Shown here: in pieces, positions 30,362 to 40,496 of the stretch
Numbering within the stretch: position 1 is the first letter of the stretch
Layout: each line of letters opens with the position of its first letter
From: an uncultured Acidobacteriota bacterium
GTDB taxonomy: Bacteria > Acidobacteriota > Vicinamibacteria > Vicinamibacterales > UBA2999
Direction: 5' to 3'
Length of the DNA: 64,000 nt
NCBI GenBank assembly: GCA_963734635.1
Contig: CAVTIA010000012.1
Coordinates: 71,205 to 135,204 of the forward strand
The notes under the pieces: generated by a model
Told to the model about the DNA's origin: nothing
What the model saw: only the letters and a program-made list of their open reading frames with translations
The model's database searches: none
Translations under genes and position numbers: made by a program

Positions 30362-30384
30362 GACAGCCAATCTGACAGCCAATC
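30361..30384. repeat. perfect tandem 12-mer TGACAGCCAATC x2
   Basis: 30361..30372 and 30373..30384 are identical. Located between the tRNA-Lys terminator and the conserved end of the integrase. Confidence 0.8.
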
Positions 30385-31703
30385 GCATCGTCCATACGCT
30401 TTGCGGCCTCGGCCTGAAGGCTGGGCAGAACGTGCGAGTAGGTGTCGAGGGTGAGAGAAACCTGCGAGTGCCCCAGCGTCTCCATCACAACGCGCGGGTG
30501 AACACCCTGTGCCAACAATAGCGTCGCCGCAGTGTGCCGAAGGTCGTGGATGCGCATCGAGGGCAGGCCCGCGTTTGAAAGTAGGTTCTTGAATACCCTT
30601 CGGACATTCCTCTCATCGAGAGCAGTGCCGATTGTCGAGGTGAATACCAACCCTGACTCCACCCACCGCGACCCAGCAAGGAGACGTTCCTGAACCTGTC
30701 TCTCGCGGTGCCGCTTCAGCGACTCAATCGCGAAGGCAGGTAACTTAACGACTCTTCTACTCCGATCGCTCTTCGGTTCGACAAACCTCAAGACTGGCCC
30801 CACTCGTTGAAGCGCTCTACGCACGCGGAGCGTGCTGTTGGGAAGGTCCACATCCTGCCAGCCTAGGGCGAGGATCTCGCCAAGCCGTAAGCCAGTCGCA
30901 ATGAGGACGGTGAAGAATGCCTCTAAACGATCGCCTACCGAGACGCCGTAAACGAGGCTTCGCCGTCGTTTCCAACCAATGCTCCAAGAACTGCCGAAGG
31001 GTCTGCTTGGCCGGAGGCGGTTCAACGCCATCCTGAAGGTTCGCGAGAGCTTTGGCGAGCTTGTCTCGCACCTCTCCCTTCGTGGCACCGTAGATGTGCT
31101 TCCTGACGCGCTTTCCTCGACGGAAGCCCACGCTAATGACCGCGGTCCAGCGTCCGTCCGGCCGCTCGTAGATCGACCCTTCGCCACGTCCTCTCCGCCG
31201 TTCGCGCGCCATCCGTCCTTCTCCTTAATGCGTCCCTGTCGTTGCCGTTGGAGTGCGAAGCAACCGGTACGCGGTGACGCCGAACGGTCAACGCTTTCTC
31301 ATAATGAACCCGCCGAAGAAGCCGTTGCGCCGGTGATCGTCATCCTCAATTGGCTAAGAGCTGAAGCGGTTGGTGCCGGTTGACTGAGATCTGCCGTGTC
31401 GCTGCGGCCGGGGACATCGCGCTTCCGCTCGCGAAACCCCATGAACAACATGACTTTATCGGTAGACAGCCCAGAATGACCCGCAATGTTGTTCGACCCT
31501 GGGCGGTCGGCGGCGGCAACTGAGCGCGATCGACCGGGAGCTTCTTCAGATTCTGGTACCGGTACAGGGTTATGCGAAAGGTTGGTGCGTGAAGTTCGAA
31601 GGAATTGCCGCCTCACTCCCAGGACACCGGCTCACGCCCCACGAACCTTTAAGCAGCACACCGGCGTCGGCGAGCACCTAATCGCAATAGAATCTACTCG
31701 GCC

Positions 31704-34389
31704 ATGCCAATCGGCCCCGGCACCCGTCTTGGCCCCTACGAAGTCACCGCCCTGATTGGCGAAGGCGGTATGGGCAAGGTCTGGCGGGCGCATCACACGG
31801 CGCTCAAGCGAGACGATGCCCTGAAGGTGCTGCCGGATGGGTTTGCGTCGGACCCTGACCGGCTCGCTCGGTTCCGTCGCGAGGCACAGGTCCTCGCATC
31901 CCTGAACCACCCGAACATCGCCCACGTCTACGGGCTGGAGCAGTCGCACGGTGTGCAGGCGCTCGTCATGGAACTGGTTGAGGGGCCAACGCTCGCGGAT
32001 CGGATCGCGCAAGGACCGATTCCTGTTGACGAGGCGCTACTTATTGCGAAGCAGATTGCTGAAGCGCTCGAAGCCGCCCACGAAAAGGGCATCATCCACC
32101 GGGACCTGAAGCCCGCGAACATCAAGCTGCGACCGGACGGCACGGTGAAGGTGCTGGACTTCGGGCTGGCGAAGGCGCTCGAACCGGTATGGCCGGCACG
32201 CGTCGACGCGACGGCATCACCAACAATCACGTCACCCGCGATGATGACCGGAGTGGGCGTGTTGCTCGGAACGGCTGCTTACATGAGCCCGGAGCAGGCA
32301 CGCGGGAAGGCAGTTGATAAACGGACCGACATCTGGGCGTTCGGTTGTGTGCTCTACGAGATGCTTACGGGGCAGAGGGCGTTTGGCGGAGAGGATGTCA
32401 CGGAAACATTGGCCTCGGTCGTCAAGAGCGACCCAGCATGGGACGCTCTGCCTGATGGCGTGTCGCCAAGCGTGTGTGTGTTCCTTCGTCGATGCCTGCA
32501 GAAGAACGCGAAGCAAAGGCTTCATGCCATCGCGGATATGCGGCTGGCTCTTGATGGGGCGTTCGAGACAGCGGTTCGCACCGGACAGTCGGTGTCGGTC
32601 GCGCAGCCTGTGTGGCGACGGGCGCTCCCAATAGCCGTTACCGCCGTTGTTGCTATTGTCGCTACGGGAATTGCCGCTTGGAGCTTGTGGCCTGCGGTCG
32701 AGCTGCTGACGGTCAGTCGGTTCGACTATATCGTTCCCGAGGGACGGGACTTCAGAAGCATAGATCGGACTGTCATTGCCCTCTCGCCGGATGGTCGTCA
32801 CTTCGTTTACAACGCAACAGGCGGTCTGTTTCTCCGTTCGATGGGCGCCCTTGAGGCCCGCCCGATTCCTGGAACCGAAGATACGCTATTGAACCCTGCT
32901 TTCTCTCCCGATGGAGAAGCCATCGCGTATTTCCAGCAGAACCAACTGAAGCGCATCAGTCTCAACGGCGGCGTTCCAGTCGGCATCTGTGCCACACAAG
33001 TTCCCTTCGGTGTGAGCTGGGAGCGAGATGACACGATTCTGTTCGGCCAGCCGGGTGGCATTATGCGCGTGTCTGCTAACGGAGGGACGCCAGAACTCGT
33101 GATCAAGGCCAACGAGCGCGAACAACTCCATGGCCCACAGCTGTTGGACGCCGAGTGGGTGTTGTTCAGTGTCACGACTGTCATAGGGCCAACTCGGTGG
33201 GACCAAGCTCAGATTGCTGTGGAGTCACTTCGCACACGTGAGCGAAAGGTCCTGTTGCAGGGCGGGAGCGATGCTCATTACCTGCCTTCGGGTTACCTCG
33301 TGTATGCGGTAGGGGACACGTTGCTTGCCGTCGCATTCGATGCACGCCGGTTGGAAGTCACCAGCGGCCCCGTCTCGGTCATCGAAGGAACTATGCGCGC
33401 TGGACTTCCCGCGTCAGACAGCGGCACCGGTCACTACACCGTGGCCGACAACGGAACGTTGGTCTATGTGAATGGGAACGCCTTCAACTTGCCCGGCAGC
33501 TTGGCCTGGGTGGACCGTAACGGAAACGCAAAGTCGTTGAGCGACCGCGAAGCACCATATATAGCTCCGCGCATTCTCGCCCGATGGGGCGCGCGTGGCG
33601 GTAGGAATGCGAACGCCCGACGGCAACCAGGATGTTTGGGTTGTCGATGGAGAACGCGGCACACACACACGGCTGACGACGGACCCAGCGAATGACACGT
33701 TCCCTGTATGGTCACCGGATGGAACGCGCATTGCGTTCTCGTCCGGGCGTTCAGGCGCGAACGCGCTGTATTGGATGGCGGCGGACGGCAGCGGCGCCCC
33801 AAAGGAATTGACGAAAGCCGAGACGAACCAAGGCGCCACGTCATGGCTACGGGATGGGACGACGTTAGCCTTCTATGATGTCGGTGGAAGCTATGACATC
33901 TTCACTCTGAAGCCCGGAGAATCTCCGGTGCGGTTGGCGGAGACTCCGTTTCAGGAACGGGCTTCTTCATTTTCGCCGGATGGGCGTTGGCTTGCTTTCT
34001 CCTCCAATGAAACGGGTCGCCCGGAGATATACGTTACCGCCTATCCCGGTCCGGGCGGCAAGACTGCTATTTCGAGCGGCGGCGGGCGTTCGCCCCGATG
34101 GTCAGCGGATGGACGCGAATTGTTCTACCGCAATGGTCGGCAGATGATAGCGGTCAGTGTCGAACCAGGACCTACGTTTCGCGTGGGCACACCACGGGTG
34201 CTCTTTGAGGGCAATTATTTCCCCGAGACAGAAACCTCGGGCGCTCACAATTACGATGTCTCGCCTGACGGCCAACGGTTCCTGATGATTGCGCCAGCGG
34301 CACGCGAGGCCGGTGAGGAGGCTCGACCCAAGATTGTAGTCGTGCAAAACTGGCTGGAGGAGCTGAAGCGTCTCGTGCCTGTGAACTGA
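31704..34389 (+). pseudogene. Ser/Thr protein kinase with TM segment and C-terminal PD40/WD40-like beta-propeller, single frameshift near 33573
   Basis: MPIGPGTRLGPYEVTALIGEGGMGKVW.., HRDLKPANIKL, GTAAYMSPEQ. Frame 3 ends ..PYIAPR. Frame 1 continues FSPDGARVAVGMRTPDGNQDVWVVD..FPVWSPDGTRIAFSS..FSPDGRWLAFSS.. to 34389. Confidence 0.8.
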
Positions 34390-34600
34390 CCGGCCTTCAT
34401 CACACCCGCGAACACGTTCGGTTTCGTGCTTCGCTCAGCGTGAGCGATGGCATTAGCGGTACCGGCATCACTCGTAACAGACTACCCGCCTGCCCCCACG
34501 CCCACGCCATGCAGGCCATCGTCAGCTCTCGTCCTACAATGTTCAATTTGTGACGCGACTCTGACTGCCGCCTATCTCTACTCATCGACGGGAGAAATGA

Positions 34601-34873
34601 ATGCCACGACAAGGATTAAGCATCGAGCAACTCCGTGAACTCGCCAAGGACGGAGCGGACGCAGCGCTGCGCCGGTTACGCGCCGAAATAATTGCGATAG
34701 AGCGGACCTTTCCTGAACTGGCGCTCACCGGACCCCGAAAAGCTCTAGGTAAGTCTGTCGCCACCGCTCGCAAGCGGACCAAGCGAATGTCGGCAGCGGC
34801 GCGGAAGGCGGTCTCGCAGCGGATGAAGAAATACTGGGCGGAGCGGCGGAAGGCACTGACGAAGGCGAAGTGA
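34601..34873 (+). CDS. small basic hypothetical protein
   Basis: GGGAGA RBS before the ATG. 90 aa. Lys/Arg-rich C-terminus (..RKRTKRMSAAARKAVSQRMKKYWAERRK..). Confidence 0.5.
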   Translation: MPRQGLSIEQLRELAKDGADAALRRLRAEIIAIERTFPELALTGPRKALGKSVATARKRTKRMSAAARKAVSQRMKKYWAERRKALTKAK

Positions 34874-35006
34874 AGCTTCGCATTATGCTGAGTCCCGCGC
34901 GGGGTCGACAGACATATGCTCGGTCTGCCTGTTGCTGGTTGAGGCGACCAATTGAAGCTGTGTTTGCGAGTCGTAAGAGCCAATCAAGTGAGCCGTGGGA
35001 GTGACG

Positions 35007-35372
35007 ATGCCATACCAGACGCAGTGCGTGAAGATCCGGCTGAAACCGAACAGTCTGGAACAGGTCCGGGAATGGGCACGAACTCTGAACGAATCAAGAC
35101 GTGCCGAGGCTTTGGCCACGTTACGTGACGAAACGGTGGTGCTTGAAGCGGCGTTTCTCGATCACACATCCGAAGGCGATTTCCTCATCTACGTCATGAA
35201 AGCCGAGAGTTTCGAGAAAGCTGCCCAAGCCGTCTCGGCCTCCAAGCACCATATTGATGCGTACCATCAACGATTCAAGAAAGCGACCTGGGACACGCGT
35301 GAGCAGCTGGAGCTCCTTGTGGATTTGGATAGGATCGACGAGTTGATGGGCACTCGGGCGGAGCGACGGTGA
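35007..35372 (+). CDS. DUF6176-like small protein (tentative)
   Basis: MPYQTQCVKIRLKPNSLEQVREWARTLNESRRAEALATLRDETVVLEAAFL..GDFLIYVM... Family recalled from memory, not searched. Confidence 0.45.
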   Translation: MPYQTQCVKIRLKPNSLEQVREWARTLNESRRAEALATLRDETVVLEAAFLDHTSEGDFLIYVMKAESFEKAAQAVSASKHHIDAYHQRFKKATWDTREQLELLVDLDRIDELMGTRAERR

Positions 35373-35394
35373 AACTGATGGTCGCTGTGATCAG

Positions 35395-35530
35395 GTGGTT
35401 CATGAATTGAACAAGGCCACTCTGTACATATTCGCTGGTCTCCCCGGCAGTGGAAAGACAACGTTGTCACAGGCGCTAGCCTCGCGGCTGGGTGCCGCCC
35501 ACCTTCGAATCGACACGGTCGAGCAGCGCT
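35395..35530 (+). pseudogene. N-terminal fragment of a P-loop (AAA_33-type) kinase
   Basis: ..TLYIFAGLPGSGKTTLSQALASRLGAAHLRIDTVEQ.. (Walker A), then the frame degenerates into an Arg-rich tail. Confidence 0.5.
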
Positions 35531-35710
35531 TGGGCCAGGCCCTTCCGCGTGCCGTGGTCAACGAGGACGAGCACCGGTGGGAACGTCGGAGCGCAGACTG
35601 TCGGCAACGAACTCCAGAACAGCCTCGACCTGTTCGCGCGTCACGTCGAACTGTTCGATAACCTCGTCGATGCTGAGGTCTTCGAGGTTCTCGATGACCG
35701 TTGCCGTCAC
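35476..35710 (-). pseudogene. remnants of a DUF433-like / DUF5615-like toxin-antitoxin pair
   Basis: 35558..35710 encodes VTATVIENLEDLSIDEVIEQFDVTREQVEAVLEFVADSL (the C-terminal half of a DUF433-type protein only). Overlapping GTG at 35574 gives VLVLVDHGTRKGLAQALLDR.., truncated after about 20 homologous residues. Confidence 0.35.
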
Positions 35711-35866
35711 GCGGGCTCAAGCGGCGGCTCGAAGGGCCTCGATCTGCCTCAACCAAGCGGCCATCTGGTTCCAACTGGCGAAAATGCGGCTCACCTACGC
35801 GCAGAGCCCTTGCCCGCAAAATCAGAGCGCGCGGACACACGAAGCGTCGCGCAACTCTCACGCGAG

Positions 35867-36583
35867 TCAGAAACCAATTCCTTGCTGCTTCTTCCTTCTC
35901 TTGCTCCATAGCCACAGCGCAACCGGAGCCGCCACGGTGGTCCATAGCCATTGCCAGTTCTCGGCTACAAATCCGCTGATGCGCTGCGGCCATGTGACTT
36001 GCACCTGAATATCCCGGTCGAATGTCCGAATCGCCCGTGTGGAATCCTTGCCCTCAATCTGTAGGAGCGCGGTCAGCGTCAGATGCAACGCCTGGCTTCC
36101 CGCTTCGGTGGGCCTCACTTCCCACCGCCATTCCGTAGGCTGTTTCCAGGTGACGGGCTGAACTTCTGGCGTGAGGGCGAGAATCGAGAAATTTGTTCCG
36201 CTCAAGCGCGCTTCCATGCGCGGGGCAATGCGAATCTGCAAACCCTCCACTTGAGTCTCGCGACGGAGAGTCTCAACGAGCTGCTTTTCAAGCTCCTCGA
36301 TGGACATCGACGGTGATAGCAGGAGATGAACATCTTCACCGCGATTCAGCATCATCACCGTCGATACGCTGAATGCGATATTCCCCAACGGTAGGGCCTC
36401 CAGTGCGCGGTCAACAGCGGCGAACTCAGCGGAAGGAACACCAGTCGGAGGCGGTACGGCATCCGCAGGCGCTTCACGATTGAGAGTCGAGAGAAGAGAC
36501 GCGAGGACCGCCACCACCGCCAAGACGATGACGATTTCGATGAGAGTAAAGCCCTTAGAGGGTTGCGGAAGTAGCGCGTTCAT
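35867..36583 (-). CDS. prepilin-type N-terminal methylation-motif protein with an extra C-terminal TM helix
   Basis: MNALLPQPSK-GFTLIEIVIVLAVVAVLASLL (class III signal). Unknown middle domain. C-terminal WQWLWTTVAAPVALWLWSKRRKK. Confidence 0.6.
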   Translation of the reverse strand: MNALLPQPSKGFTLIEIVIVLAVVAVLASLLSTLNREAPADAVPPPTGVPSAEFAAVDRALEALPLGNIAFSVSTVMMLNRGEDVHLLLSPSMSIEELEKQLVETLRRETQVEGLQIRIAPRMEARLSGTNFSILALTPEVQPVTWKQPTEWRWEVRPTEAGSQALHLTLTALLQIEGKDSTRAIRTFDRDIQVQVTWPQRISGFVAENWQWLWTTVAAPVALWLWSKRRKKQQGIGF

Positions 36584-36788
36584 TGGCGTTCGGCAGCGGT
36601 GTGGCTTGCGTGGTGCCGATGCGCACATCATCATCCACCCTCATCGGGCCTTCTGATGCCTTGAACTGCTGATTTGGTGATGGCATCCTACCGTAGCTCA
36701 GCCGCGATTTCAGTAGGACTCTTTAGAGTCATTGCTCAGCTTCAACTGCGGGGCTGGCGCTTTAAGATTCGCAGTCAAGGAGGCGACG

Positions 36789-37833
36789 GTGTTTCTTCCT
36801 TCGGCTAAGAACGCGATCGCACTGTTCGTCGGCATTTTCGCAGCCGGGCTGATTCTCGAGATCGGACTGCGAATGACGGGGCGCTTCAGGTCGCAGGGGA
36901 TTCATACCGTGTCTGACCAAGACTACCGGCGCATACCCCTGGGAACCGAATCAAGACTATGTCGACACCACGAATACCGCTTTGCCGTACCACTCGCAGA
37001 CTAACTCTCTGGGTCTCCGCGGTCCCGAAACAACGCTAAAGCCTGATGGTCCGCGTGTATTGGTGATCGGGGATTCGTTCACCTTCGGTGAGTTCGTGGA
37101 CAATGAGGAGACCCTTCCTGCAAATCTGGGGGCGCGGCTGTCGGGACGAGCTGAAGTGTTGAATGCCGGCGTGCTGGGCAGCACGATCGTTGATCAACGC
37201 GTATTCCTGCAGCGCCTGCTGGACCTCAATCCCACACTCGTTCTGCTCGTCTTCTGCGAGAACGATCTCGACGATTTTCAAACAACACCGCCCCTCCATA
37301 TCCAGCTGGAAAACAACCGTAAATTGAAAAGTGGTTTTCTTCGCCCCTTCTACCTCGCGTTTCGAGATACTGCGTTGTTCAATGTCTATCTTCGACGGCA
37401 TGATCTATTCGGGTGGCCCTTCCGGGAGGAACAGAACACGGCCGTGGCTGCCGAAGACGTGTCGTTTCCGGCGGTGGACTCCGAAACGACCCGTCGAGAG
37501 TCTGCGAAACGCTACGCGATGGAGGCGGCCGCTATGCGTACGACTTTGGCTCAGCGTGGAATCAGCCTCCTGGTCGCCACATTTCCCGGATACCCCACGC
37601 TGTTGGGGGAGGCTTTGGCGAAGGCCCCCGTGGACCTGGTCATTCCAGAACTGGAACGCGTGGATATTCATGCCATCGATTTGAGACCGGACCTACTCCG
37701 CGCGGAACCCAAGGTGACGCCGTTGTACCTGCTGCCCTACGATCCCCATCCCTCTCCCCGGGGCTATTCCGTAGCCGCCGATACTTTGATGCCACATGTC
37801 CTCACGGCACTGAATCACGCCGCCGCTCCCTAG
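36789..37833 (+). pseudogene. membrane-anchored SGNH/GDSL hydrolase, frameshift at C4 run 36936-36939
   Basis: AAGGAGG RBS plus GTG at 36789. TM ..AIALFVGIFAAGLILEIGL. After ..DQDYRRIP the frame shifts to WEPNQDYVDTTNTALPYHSQTN..RVLVIGDSFTFG (block I) ..LNAGVLGS.. ..VFCENDLDDF. Confidence 0.7.
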
Positions 37834-37922
37834 CGAGCGACACGCTCCACTCCGCGCATCACTGAATAGCTGAGCGGCCTTCTCCGCGGCTTCGCTTTTG
37901 GCCACCGATCGAATTCGGTCGA

Positions 37923-38666
37923 GTGCATACGGCCGCCGGAGCGGCTCAGTCGTCCGCCGGACCATCTATTGCTGCGCAAACAGGCATGGCGCCCGAGTTC
38001 GGCCGTACACCGGCCGAGGAGCACCCACTGGCGCTGCGTGACGGAGGAGATCGCCGCACCGGCGGCGAGCGGCGTGCGCATTCGCGCGACGTCCCGGATC
38101 GGCGATGGAGAGAGCGCCGCCGTCAGTGGCTCGGTCATGCGCTGCTCACGTCGCTGACGATCTGTGTGCCGGTGCCCGCGAACATCGCCAAGTTGCGACC
38201 GTCGCCGCCGCCGCTATCGACGAGCGCGCCGAAGGGCGCAAGCGTCGTCCCGACGCAGCGCGTCGTATCGCCGCCGCGAAGTCCCTATGACGATCTCATC
38301 ATCGAAGCCGCAAGAATGCACGGCCTGGATCCGCGGCTGCTTCGATCGATCGTGGAGGTCGAATCAGCGTTCAACCCCAGGGCCGTCTCGCCCGCGGGCG
38401 CAAAGGGGCTCATGCAGTTGAGACCCATCCTCGCGCGTGAGCTCGGCGTACGCAATCCGTTCGATCCACGGCAGAACATCATGGGCGGCGCGCGTTATCT
38501 GCGGCAGCTGCTCAACATGCACGACGGGGACATCCGGCTGGCGCTGGCGAGCTACAACGCAGGCCCGGGGAACGTGACGCGCTATGCGGGCGTGCCGCCG
38601 TTTCGGGAGACACAGAAGTACGTCAAGCGCATCCTTGCCCTGCTAGAGGAGGGCTCGGATATTTGA
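37923..38666 (+). CDS. lytic transglycosylase (SLT domain); start uncertain
   Basis: ..LLRSIVEVESAFNPRAVSPAGAKGLMQL.., ..ALASYNAGPGNVTRY... The N-terminal 80 aa of the ORF are Arg-rich, so a later start is likely. Confidence 0.7.
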   Translation: MHTAAGAAQSSAGPSIAAQTGMAPEFGRTPAEEHPLALRDGGDRRTGGERRAHSRDVPDRRWRERRRQWLGHALLTSLTICVPVPANIAKLRPSPPPLSTSAPKGASVVPTQRVVSPPRSPYDDLIIEAARMHGLDPRLLRSIVEVESAFNPRAVSPAGAKGLMQLRPILARELGVRNPFDPRQNIMGGARYLRQLLNMHDGDIRLALASYNAGPGNVTRYAGVPPFRETQKYVKRILALLEEGSDI

Positions 38667-38740
38667 GTGCCGCTCCGGGCGACGCACCTCGAGAAGACGA
38701 GTGCGTGCTAAAAGAAAGCACCGCGCCGAAGATTTGCGGG

Positions 38741-38944
38741 CTATTGAGGTGTCACGTTCTCGGCTCGCGGCCCTTTCGCGCTCTGTCCGACCTCGAAGCT
38801 GACACGTTGACCTTCTTGCAATTCATCGAAACGCGTTCCACGGCATGCCGAGGAATGGAAGAAGTATTCCTGCTGCTGGTCGTCGTCCGCGATGAATCCG
38901 AAGCCTTTGTCACGCACAACGCGTTTGATTGTTCCACTCGTCAT
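38741..38944 (-). CDS. cold-shock domain protein (CspA family)
   Basis: MTSGTIKRVVRDKGFGFIADDD..EYFFHSS..FDELQEGQRVSFEV..GPRAENV. 67 aa. Confidence 0.85.
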   Translation of the reverse strand: MTSGTIKRVVRDKGFGFIADDDQQQEYFFHSSACRGTRFDELQEGQRVSFEVGQSAKGPRAENVTPQ

Positions 38945-39099
38945 CCTGTTCTCCTCACTTGCCGTCCGCTGGCTTGTCTCGTCCGATAACTCTCCGCTGA
39001 GCTGCACGAACACATCTGCTATTGCGTTCATGTTTCGTGCCGGAAAGCAGCGACCCAACCTCTGGCCCTGCAGAAATCGGCACGATCGGTGCACTGTCT

Positions 39100-39807
39100 G
39101 TGCACGTGTTTATCGCTCGTCAACCGCTCACGATTCCGGTTCTTCTGTTGGCATCGGTTGTCGGGCAAACTCTCTCCGCGACAGTTCCCGACACGGCCGA
39201 CGACTCCATCAGGCAATTCCTTGCACAGGACGTTGCGCGGCCTTCCTATCGCGCCGTCCGTCGGCTGGAAGCCGAGAACGGAAGTCGAACGGGATGGCTC
39301 GAGGCCCTCACCGAGTACTCGCAGGAGACTGGATTCCGTTACGAAGTCACGACCGAAGGAGGGTCAAGCTATATCCGCTCGAAGGTGCTGCGCGCCGTAC
39401 TTGATGGCGAGCAAGAGGTCATTGCACAAGGCGAGGCAGCGGGTTCGGCACTGGCGCGCGCAAACTACACGTTTCAAACGAACGGCGTCGACGCCGAGGG
39501 GCTGGCCAACATCCTCTTATCCCCACGTCGAAAGGAGCGCGTGCTCGTGTCGGGGACGATGTTCCTGCAACGCGATGGCCGCTTGGTTCGACTCCAAGGA
39601 CGGCTCGCCAAGAGCCCGTCGTTCTGGATCAAATACGTTGACATCGTTCGATCCTACGAACGGATCAATGGTGCGATCGTACCAGTGACGCTTGAATCGA
39701 ATGCCGAGCTCCGCGTGCTTGGGCCAGCGACGCTCCGTATGACGTACAAGTATTCCGAAATCGACGGGCACCCGATCGGACCCGCGCCTTCGCGAGTCCG
39801 CGGCTAG
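39100..39807 (+). CDS. secreted hypothetical protein
   Basis: GTG at 39100 gives the signal-like VHVFIARQPLTIPVLLLASVVGQTLSA. No motif recognised. Confidence 0.5.
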   Translation: MHVFIARQPLTIPVLLLASVVGQTLSATVPDTADDSIRQFLAQDVARPSYRAVRRLEAENGSRTGWLEALTEYSQETGFRYEVTTEGGSSYIRSKVLRAVLDGEQEVIAQGEAAGSALARANYTFQTNGVDAEGLANILLSPRRKERVLVSGTMFLQRDGRLVRLQGRLAKSPSFWIKYVDIVRSYERINGAIVPVTLESNAELRVLGPATLRMTYKYSEIDGHPIGPAPSRVRG

Positions 39808-39924
39808 AACCCCTCTTCGGCAGCTGCGGTCAAGAGCAAGACGGACTTCTTCAATGTCGGGCAGCTTCCAGGACTGGTGGCCTTGAAACTGCCTGTGTTC
39901 CCGCGTTGTGTAGAATTCGAGGGA

Positions 39925-40158
39925 ATGGCCGCGCCCGATAGCTTCGGCGAGTTCGAGGCGACCAGCCTCTTCTGCCCGAGGTGTCGCCGTGCCACGCCAA
40001 CGCGGCGAAAGCTCCTGCTCGTCTTGCCGAGCGGCAACAAGTACGACTACGTCTGCGCCGAATGCGGGACGGCAGTGGGCGGCAAGACGGATAACGATGC
40101 TTCCGACTTCTACCAGACGATGCTGCCGCCGCCTGTCCCTCGTCGCGGACGCTCGTAG
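39925..40158 (+). CDS. zinc-ribbon hypothetical protein
   Basis: CPRC..(23 aa)..CAEC four-cysteine pattern. 77 aa. Confidence 0.45.
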   Translation: MAAPDSFGEFEATSLFCPRCRRATPTRRKLLLVLPSGNKYDYVCAECGTAVGGKTDNDASDFYQTMLPPPVPRRGRS

Positions 40159-40226
40159 TACGTCATCGGCCGCCGTCATCTCTGCTACTGTGCTCCCCCG
40201 CCCGGCGTGACCAAAGCGTGCCACAC

Positions 40227-40484
40227 CTACTTCTGCGCGTCGACCATCACGCGACCTTCGGCATTCAGGTACACGTGATACTTGTTTCCGTCTTGGCATG
40301 AAGCGGCGTAGTCGTTGTCGGCCAGCACCTTGACAGCGACGACCTGACCGCACGGCTTCCCGTGCAGCGCGATCACAGCGGTCAGGTCTTTCTTGAGCGT
40401 CTCCTCGTCCTGTGCAGAGGCCGGGACGGCGAGCAACATCGCCACAACCAGCGATTGAGCCCACCGTTCAGTCAGTTTGTTCAT
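40227..40484 (-). CDS. small secreted protein
   Basis: MNKLTERWAQSLVVAMLLAVPASAQD signal peptide. 85 aa. Confidence 0.55.
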   Translation of the reverse strand: MNKLTERWAQSLVVAMLLAVPASAQDEETLKKDLTAVIALHGKPCGQVVAVKVLADNDYAASCQDGNKYHVYLNAEGRVMVDAQK

Positions 40485-40496
40485 GGTGTTCGCCTT

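Larger units (their letters stand above)
30304..31212 (-). pseudogene. tyrosine recombinase/integrase with an internal deletion and no stop before the tRNA
   Basis: N-terminus MARERRRGRGEGSIYERPDGRWTAVISVG..FLEHWLETTAKPRL, then out of frame ..GDRLEAFFTVLIATGLRLGEILALGWQDVDL..HDLRHTAATLLL..LGHSQVSLTLDTYSHV. The core-binding domain (about 100 aa) is absent. The ORF reads antisense through tRNA-Lys to 30183. Confidence 0.8.
30304..31640. mobile_element. remnant of a tRNA-Lys-associated integrative element (right boundary undetermined)
   Basis: A tyrosine-recombinase pseudogene lies directly 3' of tRNA-Lys. No convincing direct repeat of the tRNA 3' end was found by eye (only a 9-nt match at 31627..31635). 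Confidence 0.35.

Noticed and set aside
31627-31635. CCGGCTCAC, identical to 9 nt of the tRNA-Lys 3' acceptor arm, as the attR of a 1.3-kb island remnant
   Set aside because: Nine GC-rich nucleotides are expected by chance somewhere in 64 kb. The flanking bases do not extend the match (..CACGCC versus ..CACCA). Kept only as a note for a proper repeat search.
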